A stretch of DNA of 64,000 nt from Octopus sinensis (GCF_006345805.1 NC_043017.1:1984001-2048000), one strand, 5' to 3'; shown: positions 13,175 through 25,632, counted from the first letter of the stretch. The notes: a model not told the origin generated them from the letters alone. Translations and numbers: made by a program.

Positions 13175-14072
13175 GTGTTTACACATTATGTATTTGTATA
13201 TTTATGTATGTATGTATATTTATTGTATGCACCTATGAGAGATTAAAGGTGTTTATTTATCACGATAGTGAGGTTTGACAGTGTTATCTGCAAGTAAATC
13301 GCCTCACGGCGGACAAGTACTTTGTTTGAGTATCTAGGTTATGATATCTTGCCCTGATATCTTTCACGAATTATACTTATTAGATTACACAAACTCGTTT
13401 ACTTATACATATAAATAGTTATACTTACAAACACTCACGTATAATAAACGCATAGGCACTCACATTTGCTAACGTGTGTGTTTATATAGAGCAAGACGGA
13501 TAAATAGATACGTAGTTATATGTTGTCATATGTTTTTTTCTACAATGCATCTGTATGACAAATAGTTTATATCCAAAACACACACTTAAGCACACAAACA
13601 TAAACTCAGATTTCATATACTACATGTTTACACACGTGTGTGTGAGAGAGAGTGTGTGTGTATACCCGCATGCGTGACTGTAAATTGATATGCCTGATCA
13701 CACCTACTATTAATGTGAAAGTGATAAGTATCATTACGCGGTTTAAAACTATCAACAGAGCACGCTTGTTTCAATACTTGGTACAATTTTTAAATTAAAA
13801 ATCCAGATGTTTTTGTAAAAGACTTTTCCTGATTCCATTTCTGAAGTATCATAATAAACGCAGTATAGTAAACCTACCCCAAATAGCACTGAACTGACTT
13901 TATCGCACAATTTTGGGTTTCGGGTAGTTGTTGATTCATATCGCTATATTTTTATTGCCATTTCAGTTCCAAAACATTCATGCATAACTGCAGAGTCACA
14001 GTGCAAACCCATGTTTGTTTCTATTCCCGATTGAATAATTTCCCTTCACTCCTCACCCGATCTGTGACTGAT

Positions 14073-14330
14073 CGTGCGTGGCTTAGTGGTTAGGTTAGTC
14101 GGCTAACTACCCAACAACCATGAGTTCCATTCCCAGTGCTGCTGTGTCCTTGAGCAAGACACTTTATTTCGCGTTGCTCTAGTCCACTCAGCTGGCAATA
14201 AAGAGTTGTATCTGTATTACAAATGGCCATGCATGTCACATTCTGTGCCACGCTGAATCTCCCTGAGAACTAAGCAAAGAGTGCGCGTGTCTGTGGAGCG
14301 CTCAGCCACTTGCGCGTTAATTTCAATTGT
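14073..14330 (+). mobile_element. SINE body type 3 (CORE/Meta-like) plus tail X, 3'-interrupted
   Basis: gtggcttagtggttagg A box, tgtgtccttgagcaagacactttatttc body, tail X to ttaatttc. Confidence 0.75.
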
Positions 14331-16230
14331 AGGCCTTACAAAATTTTTCTTGCAGGCTCTGGCAGGTCTTGTCCGTATAAGACCTGGTTTTAGCCGATAG
14401 TCGGAGTTGAGGGTTTTAGCCCATAGTCGGATTTGCCCTATTCGTGTTAACAGCCGTCTGACATAAATCCACGAGTCAACAATACTCGAACCCTACACGA
14501 GTGCGTGTAGTACGGTTTCGGTTCTCTGCGCAGATCCTGGATATTCCCACCTCACACTACTAACGTACCCGTAAGGTTTATCTCGAGCAAACAGTACTCG
14601 CCGGTAGCACTACCAAGTCAGTGCTTTAAGGAAATTATCCATGGCAGTATCGGGTCCTAAGCTCATCCGAAATAGAGCAGCTAGTTCATCCTCATGGAAA
14701 TCTGAAGTTTCCCCGAGAACGTCATTGTACTTGCCCATGACTAGATTTCAATAGTTTACTTCCGTAGAACTTCCACCGACCATATTGTCCATCTGGTAGA
14801 GGGCAATGAGCACCTGACGACAATCCAGATGTGAACAGGAGTAATAATTTTTTTTAATATAAGCACAGGACCTAAAATTCTGGCGGGTTCTGGACGATTA
14901 CTGAACATATTTTATCGATTCGGTAAGAATGAGAATGTAGAGCAGACCTTGGTGGAATTTGAACTCGAGACATAAAGGCGGAAAAAAATACTGCTATGCC
15001 GTTTTGTCTGGCGTGCTATTATACCCCATTGGAAGAAGAAAGGAAGAAGTAAAAGAGGAGGAAGTGTAGAAGATGATGATGATGTTGTTGTTGTTGTTGT
15101 TGTTAGTGGTGGTGGTGGTGGTGGTGGTGATAGAGGATGAGGAAGAGGAGGAAGAGGAGAAAAAAGAAAATGAGGAGGAGGAGGAGGAGGAAGAGAAGGA
15201 GGAGGAGGAAGGAGAGGAGGAGAAAAAGAAAATGAGGAGGAGGAGGAGGAAGAGAAGGAGGAGGAGGAGGAAGAAGAAGAAAGAAGAAGAAGAAGAAGAA
15301 GAAGACGAAGAAGAAGAAGAAGAAGAAGAAGAAGAAGAAGAAGAAGAAGAAGAAGAAGAAGAAGGAGGAGGAAACAGCGAATGCGAGGTAGAAGTATGAA
15401 GGAAGAAGGTGGCGCTTCTAGCTGAAGCTGTTTACAACTGGCAAGTTTGTCCGATTTTAATTAATTTTTCACATTTCTCCCTGTGCAGTCTTCACCATTC
15501 AACTACAATCATTACACTATGAAAGCTAAACGCCTTGTAAAGGCAATTTTATTCGGCTCTGATTAATTTTCCCGTCATGCAACACAACCCAGTCAGTTTC
15601 CAATGAATTTAATATAATTTTTCGCAGCTTGCTTTTATTTCTTACTTCTCTTTATCTGTTTTTCTTTCTTCTTTTTTTAGTTTTTTTTTCTCATTTAATT
15701 TTTTACTTTATTTTACTACCCTTTTTTTTTCATTCTTCTTATTTATTTATTTGTTTGTTATTTTTTATGTTTATAATCATCTTTGTTTCTTTATTCCGTG
15801 CATACTTTCCCGATTGTTCCGCTCTCAAAAAAGTAAGAATATTTTAAATAAAAAATATAGTTGTATCAACACAATGGCTGCCGAGAAATACCCCGGGTTA
15901 CCAACGCACGTATGGCGGGGTATCTGCATATTAAATGCACAAATGGTAGGATCTCACATATATAATACTGTGTGAAAGGAACTTCCATTAATTGGGAAGA
16001 TACGTGCCGTCTGTAGAGAAAGCCTGCATGTAAGGGTGCTGAAAAATCTTTAAAAAATATGCAAGGAAGGGAACTCCAGTAAAATTAAATGAATGAAACA
16101 TTTTAAAATCATTATCACCATGATGTTCATGAAGACAGTTGAGAATCCATTTTAAAGCCAATTGGTGATAGCAACGGCCAGTTTAGACTGCCGTGCAAAG
16201 GATATGTGCAGCAGCTAGTATATAGCTGTA

Positions 16231-16281
<51 letters not shown>

Positions 16282-16283
<2 letters not shown>

Positions 16284-16463
16284 GGAAGCTTTGTGAAAAT
16301 AAACAAAAGACGATGGCAGGTGGAATACGAACAAACAATTGTATTAGTATGGCGCTCAGGAATATAAATAAAACAAGTCTTTTACGTTTCAAGCCTACGC
16401 TCTCCAACAGAAAGATATACAGAAAAGAAGCACGGAGAGAAACAAGGAGAGAAAAAAAATGCG
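16282..16463 (-). mobile_element. Short hammerhead-bearing Penelope-type cassette (longest copy)
   Basis: Motif at 16379-16414: cttt-CTGTTGG-a-gagc-gtag-gctt-GAAA-cg-T-a-aaag. It is followed by ttcctgagcgccatactaatac...aagcttccc, also present at 28216-28273 and 53610-53700. (TA)n on both sides. Confidence 0.6.
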
Positions 16464-16465
16464 TA

Positions 16466-16501
<36 letters not shown>

Positions 16502-16643
16502 TGTATGTATGTATGTATGTATGTATGTATGTATATATATTCATACAGCTATATACTAGCTGCACATATCCTTTGCCACGGCAGTCTAAACTTAACAAAT
16601 ACTGTATGTATGTATGTATGTATATATGTATGTATGTATGTAT

Positions 16644-17020
16644 AGGCGCAGAAGTGGCTATGTGGTAAGAAGCTTGCTTCACAATAACATGGCTCCGGGT
16701 TCAGAGCCACTGCATGGCACCCTGGCCAAGTGTCTTCTAACATAGCCTCGGGCCGACGAAAGCCTCGTGAGTGGATTTGGTAGACGGAAACTGAAAGAAG
16801 CCCGCCGTATATATGTTTGTGTGTCTATATTTGTCCGCTCAACATCGCTTGACAACCGATGCTGGTGTGTTTACGTCCCGTAACTTAGCGGTTCGGCGAA
16901 AGAGACTGATAGAATAAGTACTTAAGTACTAGGCTTACAAATAAGTCCTGGGGTCGATTTGCTCGACTAAAGGCGCTGCTCTAGCATGGCCACAGTCAAA
17001 TGACTGAAACAAGTAAAAGA

Positions 17021-17022
<2 letters not shown>
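16644..17022 (+). mobile_element. SINE family 1, full length
   Basis: Same head, CORE-like body and tail as the 10074 copy; tail runs into (TAA)n. Confidence 0.85.
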
Positions 17023-17065
<43 letters not shown>

Positions 17066-17088
17066 TAATCATAATAATAATAATAATC

Positions 17089-17131
<43 letters not shown>

Positions 17132-17135
17132 TAAT

Positions 17136-17649
17136 ACCAGGCAGTGGCTCTCATGGCTTCTGATCTTAACTGGTTGGAAGTGTTATCATGTACATTGTTT
17201 TGTCTTGGTATAAAATATGGTCTACAGCAAATATTCTGCTCAATACCACAGATTTGCTTGTCAGTTGTTTGACCTTAACCAGTTGAGCATGTCCCTTAGT
17301 GGCTGACGATATGTGCATCTCTGATCACGAGCAGAAGTAGTGGGGGAGCATCATAGCCATGTGTTGAGAGGGATTCTTAGGGGTTTGAATAATTTACCTC
17401 TGGAAACATGGGTGTTTCGTTCAACATCCTTAATCAACCCTTATTCAGGGGCCTTTTGAGCGGGATGGGTTACTCGACCAGAAGAAAATTCTAGCTGGGC
17501 CCCACCTGCAAGGTCATGTGCTGTTTATCTTGATATGAGATCACCATGTCGCGCACATATGGTTGTGATGCATGTGCCTGGTGTACCCTTATCAGACAGG
17601 TAGTCATGATGCGTATTCTGGGCTTTGTATATTTTATCCCAGTGTCACT
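17136..17649 (+). mobile_element. ~515-bp non-coding interspersed element flanked by (TAA)n, copy 1
   Basis: Colinear and highly similar to 63425-63897 in reverse complement; (AAT)n on both sides; no meaningful ORF. Confidence 0.8.
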
Positions 17650-17680
17650 AATGATAATAATAATAATAATAATAATAATA

Positions 17681-17751
<71 letters not shown>

Positions 17752-18639
17752 CAAGAAATCATACCACCTAATAAACATGAAGAAGAAGAAGAAGATGAAG
17801 AAACAACAAAAGCTATAAAACAAATGAAATCCAAACTAAAAATAGAACAGCAACGAACCATGATAAAACGATGGCAAGAAAAGCCCCTTCATGGTAAATA
17901 CTGGACTAAACTAAACGCAAAAGAAATAGACAAAGAAAAATCCCAGCAATGGTTGAGAAGCTCAGGATTCAAAGCAGAAACAGAGGGATTTTTAATTGCA
18001 GCACAAGACCAAAGCCTCCCCACCAGAATTTACCAAAAACATGTAATGAAAAGAAATATTACAAGTAACTGCAGAATATGTGGAGATGGACAAGAAACAA
18101 TAAATCATATTATCTCTAGCTGCCCAGTCCTGGCTAAGAAGGAATATATTCACAGACATGACAGAGTTGGAACCTACATACATTGGAAGCTATGCCAACA
18201 TTATGGAATAACAACAGGAAAAAGATGGTATAGGTACACACCAGAAAAGGTCACAGAAAACGAGAAAGCAACCATACTCTGGGATATGCCGATACACACA
18301 GATAGAGAAATTAAGGCCAACAGACCAGATATAGTTGTCAGAGATCATGAAGAAAAAAAATGCTTTCTAATTGATGTATCAATAGTGGCAGATGACAACG
18401 TGTCTCTAAAAGAAATGGAGAAACTCTCAAAATACAAAGACCTGGAAATAGAAGTAACTAGAATGTGGAATCTGAAAACAGAAACAATTCCTATCATAGT
18501 AGGTGCATTAGGCATGATAAAAAAATATTCAGACAAATACATAACAAAAACACCAGGACTTACAAACACATATAACATACAGAAAATTGCACTACTAGGC
18601 ACTGCACACATCCTACGCAGAACACTTTCCATACAATAA
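17572..18639 (+). CDS. Chimeric ORF (355 aa): ATG from the upstream 0.5 kb repeat, poly-Asn from (AAT)n, then the C-terminal ~296 aa of the Dong RLE domain; no RT domain
   Basis: ORF track. Only residues after the poly-N run have LINE homology. The N-terminus MCLVYPYQTG recurs in the 63305-63529 ORF, which comes from the second copy of the upstream repeat. Confidence 0.45.
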
Positions 18640-18733
18640 CCATCAGAGCATCACAACAAATCACAGCACATACACAAGGCACACAGAGCTGCGCTCGGTA
18701 GTGAAGTGAAAGCACGCTATAAAAATAAAACTA

Positions 18734-18736
<3 letters not shown>
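17748..18736 (+). mobile_element. 5'-truncated R4/Dong-clade non-LTR retrotransposon (zinc knuckle, restriction-like endonuclease, 3'UTR) inserted in (TAA)n
   Basis: Open frame to the stop at 18639 contains CRICGDGQETINHIISSC (CCHC knuckle), RHD, RPDIVV...LIDVS (PD-(D/E)xK) and KLSKY. A ~97-nt 3'UTR runs into (AAT)n and the 5' end also abuts (AAT)n. Dong elements are known TAA-repeat-specific RLE LINEs. Confidence 0.9.
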
Positions 18737-18804
<68 letters not shown>

Positions 18805-19163
18805 GAAGAGTAAGTGGAGGGGAGGAGGAAGGGGGTGGGAGGAGGAGGAAAATGATGATGATGATGATGAGGAGGAGGAGGAGGTAATGATAGCATTGCT
18901 TCGTGTCTCTCTGGTTCATCTTCCCATTCTCGTGTTTTGTATAATATTCGTGCTTAGATTATTAAATGGTTTATTCCAGTTCCTTTTTTATATCTATTTT
19001 TTGCTTTCCTTGGGGCAAAATTCATTGTCGGGTTTAGCTGTTGTTTCTCTGAATATTAGGATCAGTTTATTTTTACTATTATTAATACTGTAATTTCATG
19101 TTTTTTTATTGTTGACGATTTAGTTCTTACTTCTCATCTCTACCATATCAATATTCTTTGTGC

Positions 19164-19202
<39 letters not shown>

Positions 19203-19300
19203 CATTATTATTATTGTTGTTGTTGTTGTTGTTATTATTATTATTATTATTACTACTACTATTAATAGTAGTAGTAGTAGTATTAATAGTAGTAGTAGTT

Positions 19301-19341
<41 letters not shown>

Positions 19342-19934
19342 GGTGGTGGTGGTAAAACGACTCCCGTTGAATGCAACCACCGCTCTTTCTGTACTCGTTG
19401 CTCTCATTGAAAACGGTTCAATGTTTGCGTTGAAGATTTGTATTACGATTATAATTAATCTCGATACGTATTTGTTTTGTAAGATTCCTGAATTCTGATG
19501 TGAAATCGCGTGTTGAGACGAATACAGTCTTAGTTGTTTCTGCCCCCACAAGATCAGTAAGAAAGAGACCCCAATGACCAAGAAGATGCCTTTAGAGAGA
19601 TTGAAAGGGTAGAGCAAAGCCATGCTCCATTCCCAGCAAAACTACGATCAGGTTAGAAAAGTGGTCGACTCATACGGTAGGAGCGAGCTCTAGAGTCATA
19701 CTAACCTATTTATGGTATGGCGAGATGGATGACTCAAAGAAAGAGGGTTCCTAACCCTAAACATCTACTCCCGCTATATGGTTGAGATCAATATAATGGC
19801 ACAGGACAGTGTCTATGAATTAGGAGCTGGTACTATGGAGAGCACCCAGCAAACAGCTAACTCCATCCACCAAAGTAGTATAGTAACAAGTCTTGCGAGT
19901 GATGAGACAGTAATAACAATAAAGTTTTTTTTTT

Positions 19935-20340
19935 CACTCTGGGCACGGGGCCCGAAATTTTTGAGGAGGAGGCCAGTCGATTATATCGACCCCAGTATGC
20001 AACTGGTACTTAATTTATCGACCACGAAAGGATGAAAGGCAAAGTCGACCTCGACGGAATTTGAACTCGGAACTTAGCGACGGGCGAAATACCGTTAAGC
20101 ATTCCATCCAGCGTGCTAACGATTCGGCCATCTCGCCACAAGGGGCTAAACACAGCGGACAAGCATTGTGCCGGCCGTGCTAAAGATTCTGCCGTTTTTA
20201 TATTCTGAGTTCAAATTCTAGCGATGTTGACTTTGCCTCATATCCTTTCGAAGTCGATAAAACAAGTACTTGTTAAATCTTGGTGTGAGGTCGGTGTAAC
20301 GACTTACCCGCTTCTCAGAAATTACTGGCATTATAACAAA
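19935..20340. mobile_element. SINE family 4, divergent pair (minus ~19935-20140, plus ~20160-20340)
   Basis: Family signature ctgagttcaaattc...gaggtcgactttgcctttcatcctttcggggtcgataa on opposite strands. Confidence 0.75.
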
Positions 20341-21364
20341 ACCTAGGAACCCTTATTACTCACACGACTCACAACAACTACTTACCATTGGTATCATAAT
20401 GACCTCACTCAGATCATTATTACATCATAATTATTATTTTCCTAGTCTTTTATTACTCTCGATTCGTTCATTCAATAAAAATTTCTAATCAAATATTATT
20501 ATTCAGGCTGATTCTCCCCGCCCTTCTCTCGTTCTCACTCTTTCTCTAATTACCCTTGCCAGCTATTGGTATTTTAGTTGTATTATCTTTTTTTCTTATA
20601 TTTTTACTAATTATTTCTGTCGTTATAGTCAATATTATTATTGCTATCACTGTTGAGCTTGTTAATTTCCCTCCTCCCACTACACCCCTCCGCAATGCAT
20701 TTCAAATAAGCTTTTACAATTTATTTTGCGGCTTCTTATTACGGCGATTATTGTTGGTTCAGTTGTTGACGTTATTCTCGTTTCTCCCGTTATTAATGTT
20801 GCTTTTCGTGTCTTTACTATTACTCACTGCTTTTTCCATATATTACTGTTGCTATCCTTGTTGCTATCTTTTTTATTATTGCTAATTCTACCAGCAACCC
20901 CTTCCATTCCGATCCCTTGTTTAAATTAAATTTATCTAATGCGGTTTGAGAAAGCACTTGTAATTGATATTGCAGTTGTTGTTATTGTCGTTGTTGGTGT
21001 TAATCTTGTTGTTAGTATTTATTCTTGCCACTTCTTGAGATACAGAAAGAGAGTTTAATTGGTTGCTCAACCGTTTTCGAAATATCAGCCGAATCTCCTT
21101 CGAATCATACGCAACCGCTTTCGAAAGATAGGACGAGATGAATTATCGAGATCATACGCAATAGGACGGATGGAAATCTTGGAATACACTGGAAATACGA
21201 TTGGAAGATCTCTGATCATAGACCTGTACCGGAGCCAAAGGATAACACTCTAAAGTCTGAAAGTAGATAAATAGTAAATATATTTATATAAATACGTGTA
21301 ATTGGATAATACGGCACCAGGTATTAGGCAGTGTCATCATAGAAGGAACGCTATTATTTAGTGT

Positions 21365-21915
21365 TTCCTGGGTCTTTTTTTGCCGAACCGCTAAGTAATG
21401 GGGACGTAAATGCACCAACACTAGTTGTCAAGTGGTGGAGAAACAAACACAAACACAGAGACGCTACACACACACATACACACACGCACACGCACACACA
21501 CACATACACACACATACACACACACACACACACATACATATATGTATATATACGAGGGTCTTCTTCCAGTTACCGTCAATCAAATCCGCTGAGAAGGCCT
21601 TCCTCAGGCCGACTAAAACCCTGTGAGTGGATTTGGTACACGGAAACGGAAAGAGGCCCGTCGTATGTGTGTGTGTGTGTGTGGTGTGTGCGTGTGTGTG
21701 TGTGTGTCTGTGTTTGTCCCCCTACCATCGCTTGACAACTGATGTTGGTGTGTATAAGTCCCCGTTACTTAACCGTTCGGCAAAAGAAACCGATAGAATA
21801 AGTACTAGGCTTACAAACAATAATGACTGGGGTCGATTTCATCGGCTAAACCCTTTAAGGCGGTGCTCTAGCATGGCCGCAGTCAAAGGACTAAATCGTG
21901 TAAACAAATAACAGA
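21365..21915. mobile_element. Two headless SINE family 1 copies, head-to-head (minus ~21365-21600, plus ~21603-21915)
   Basis: The same internal segments appear on opposite strands either side of ~21601. Confidence 0.7.
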
Positions 21916-22119
21916 ATAAATAAAATTGTCAACAGCCAGGATCAACCTGCTCAGTTAGCGAACTACTGCCATCTTCTTTGGTCGTGACATGCGCAGATGA
22001 GACATCCTGCTATCGTATGCTCATTATGACTTATTGTTCCGGGCAAGTCACGCGACTGGACGATGAATATGATTTTGAAAGGGTGACCCCCTACAAGGGT
22101 CGTTAACAAACCGGGCAAA

Positions 22120-22417
22120 GGTCTTAGCAGCATTTCGTCTGTCTTTACGTTTATGAGTTCAGATTTCGTCGACGTTCATTTGCCTTTCATCCTTTCAGGA
22201 TCGATACAATAAGTACAAGCAGTAAACTGGGGAAAAAAGATATAATCAAATCCTGCCCCACCCCCAAATTTCTGGCTTTGTGCCAGAATTTGAAATATTG
22301 ATACCAGGCGTCGAGATGACAATTATTTGTATGTTGGGGGAAATGCTTAGCGGTATTTCGTCTGCCCCTACGTTCTGAGTTCAAATTCCGCCGAGGTAAA
22401 CTTTGCATTTCATCCTT
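22120..22417 (+). mobile_element. SINE family 4 copies ending at the assembly gap; further copies at ~6838-6907(+), 7045-7192(-), 14855-15020(-), 49870-50025(-), 63000-63170(+)
   Basis: Family signature gaaatgcttagcggtatttcgtc...ctgagttcaaattccgccgaggt. Confidence 0.7.
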
Positions 22418-22517
22418 NNNNNNNNNNNNNNNNNNNNNNNNNNNNNNNNNNNNNNNNNNNNNNNNNNNNNNNNNNNNNNNNNNNNNNNNNNNNNNNNNNN
22501 NNNNNNNNNNNNNNNNN
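22418..22517. other. Scaffold gap (100 N)
   Basis: Run of exactly 100 N, typical of a placeholder gap. Confidence 0.99.
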
Positions 22518-22689
22518 CTGGAGCTGAGGCGGCCAGAATACTATACTTTAAAAACACTTGCATCATCTTACACAAATCTTTTCATTTGAATAGTGTTTTG
22601 CTTTCTCTGATTATCATTACTTTCTTTTTGTTTGGTTTTGGTTGTATCATACATGATACTAATACTGTATCGAATGCCACTGGATAAAA

Positions 22690-22722
<33 letters not shown>

Positions 22723-23279
22723 GATATAGACGGAGGTGTAGTGGGGGGTTAGCATTTGTTTACAGTCCTGGGAGGTTAAAGTTCATTTATCAGTCACCTA
22801 AGACGGTTGACAGGAAGGGAAAATATATCTTTATAAGTGTGAGACCGACTCTACGTCTGTATGTTTGTCTGTTTCCATGTAGGCATGTTTATAAAAATGT
22901 ATATGAATATGCGCATGTAAGCGTATGCATGTGTGTGTGCGATTGTGTGTTTGTGTTTATGTGTGGGTGTGTGTGCGTGTTTGTTAATATACTTATAATT
23001 ATGTATGTATATGAATGTACATATAGATACACCTATGTGTATGTTTAAATGCATTTATTTATGTATGCAATTATATGTGCGCGTGTGTGCGTGTGTGTAT
23101 GTGAATGTATGTATATCATATATTGATGATACTGAATGCATCATACACGGGGGAAAGAGGGTGTATATTTGTATCAGCATATGATTGTGTACATGTGTTT
23201 AGAATATATATATACACATATATATATATTAATGTGTATAAATATATATGTATATATATATTGATATGTATATATGTTG

Positions 23280-23310
<31 letters not shown>

Positions 23311-23397
23311 ATATACACTATATCTATATATTGATATGTTGATTTGTATTGTGTATACATCATATATATAATAAACACACCACACACACACGCACAC

Positions 23398-23443
<46 letters not shown>

Positions 23444-23641
23444 ACACGCAGAGACACAAACACACACACATATACGTATGTATAGATATTTTTTATGTAT
23501 ATATATATGTACATTTATCATGCGTGCAGGTATGTGCGTGTGTGTGTGTGTACGTAGGTGTGTGTATTGTGTGTGTGTGTAGGTGCATATGTATATGTGT
23601 TTATATATGCATGATCGGTTGTGCACATGTGTGAGCATAAG

Positions 23642-23676
<35 letters not shown>

Positions 23677-24699
23677 ATGCTTCATGTGATATGATCTGAT
23701 AAATGGCTTTTTCACTGATCATGGTTCTGTCATCATCCATTATCACGGCTACTGCAACACCACCCACACATCCACACACGTATATACACACCTACACACA
23801 GCCACATGCATATTTCCCCCCTCCTATCTCTCCTTACCATTCTCTGAGGCCAGTTCATCATCTCCTTAATCAGCGATATTCTATGAAAGCCTCGAAGCTA
23901 ATCGCGCATCTTTCCTCTTCTTCTCTCTACTTATCCGCCATATTGTCCTAACTTCCTTATAATTTCCATCTCGGCAACATCAAGCATTTTCTCATTGATA
24001 TCAGTTTAAATAATCTTTCGGATCTCACATGAAACCGAAAACTCAACGCCGAAGACTCACGTTGTCGTCTTATTTTCGATTCTTTCCTCCGTTGCTTTTT
24101 TTTTTTCCATTCTCTTTTATACTCTTTTCTATTCTTTTCTTTTTTTTTTCTTCTTCATTCTATCCGTTTGCTTGTCTTTCACTTTACCATTTTTTTTCTT
24201 TCTTTACACATCTCACCGATTGCAGTATTTTCTTAACTTATTTTCTTTTCTTATTCTGCTTCTGTTATTTTATTTTGTGTTGTTTTTGTTTCGTTATTGT
24301 CATTGTGTAATTCTAGCCCGCCCACAGCAATTCTTTGATATCTACTACTACTACTATAACTACTACTAATACTCCTCCTCCACCACCCCTCCCCCCTCCT
24401 CATCTCCTCCTCCTACTACTACTACTACTACTACTGGTATTACTAATAATACTGCCAAATATATACGTTATTATTTTGCAATTTACTTAATCATCGGTAT
24501 ATTATCGTTATTTTAATTTTAATATTTCTGTCATATGTAATTTTCTAGATGGTGTAATTCAATTGTTCATTTTGATTTGATAAAAGGTGTATTTTTCTAA
24601 TTTATATATATATATATTATATATTGTGAAATTTGATTTAGTATTTCTAAATTGAATTTTTCCCTGCAAGTTAAGAATAATATTCCCTCAAAAAAGAAT

Positions 24700-24740
<41 letters not shown>

Positions 24741-24742
<2 letters not shown>

Positions 24743-25032
24743 CGGCGCAATGGTCCGGTGGTTAGGGCAGCGGACTCGCGATCGTAGGATCGCGGTTTCG
24801 ATTCCTAGACCGGGATGTTGTGAGTATTTATTGAACGAAGACACCTAAAGCTCCACGAGGCTCCGGTAGGGGGTGGTGGCGATCCCTGCTCTACTGTTTT
24901 GCCACAACTTTCTCTCACTCTTTCTTTTGTAGGCCTGCTCGCTTAGCCAACAGGGTGGCGTCTTTTGAAGGCTAAAACAATGCGAAGCGCATTGTGACCA
25001 GCGATATGTAGCAACATCTGATAGCCTGGTCG
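24741..25032 (+). mobile_element. SINE head/body type 2 plus tail Y
   Basis: Type 2 head; tail ggcctgctcgctt...ctaaaacaatgcgaagcgcattgtgaccagcg...ctggtcg shared with 49565-49670 (reverse complement). Confidence 0.8.
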
Positions 25033-25065
25033 AAAAAGAGAAAAAAATTATATATATATATATAT

Positions 25066-25285
25066 CTTTTACTCTCTTTTACTTGTTTCAGTCATTTGAC
25101 TGTGGCCATGCTGCAGCACTACATTTAATGGAGCAACTCAACCTCGGGACTTATTCTTTGTAAGCCCAGTACTTATTCTATCGGTCTCTTTTGCCGAACC
25201 ACTTTGTGACGGGGGCATAAACACACCAGCATCTGTTGGCAAGCGATGCTATGGGACAAACACAGACACACAAACACACACGCAC

Positions 25286-25316
<31 letters not shown>

Positions 25317-25361
25317 TGCGACGGGCTTCTTTCAGTTTCCGTCTACCAAATCCATTCACAA
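25066..25361 (-). mobile_element. SINE family 1, 5'-truncated
   Basis: Family tail and body in reverse complement; no tRNA head. Confidence 0.8.
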
Positions 25362-25599
25362 ACATATATATATATAGATAGATATAGATATTGTTATTTT
25401 GGGAATATATAGAGAAGAAGAGAATGAACGAGAGTTAAAGTGCAATAGAAACATGGAGTATTCGGAATTTCCATTGGTCAATACAAAAGAATTCCTTACC
25501 AATGTAATTGAAACTTTCATTAACAACATCCAGTTAGATTTCAAACATAAATTGCACTGATTTACGAAAATATACGTATACTCCTTACAGTTGTCAAAC

Positions 25600-25632
<33 letters not shown>

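Noticed and set aside
17301-17345. CTGACGA...GAAG in the TAA-associated element as a hammerhead
   Set aside because: No stem II closing pair and no GAAA; other CTGANGA hits (3016, 14817, 42485, 44242, 37655 minus) fail in the same way.
21142-21270. SDHRPV motif (APE endonuclease or inositol 5-phosphatase-like)
   Set aside because: A six-residue match in a 42-codon frame bounded by stops, with no other family motifs.
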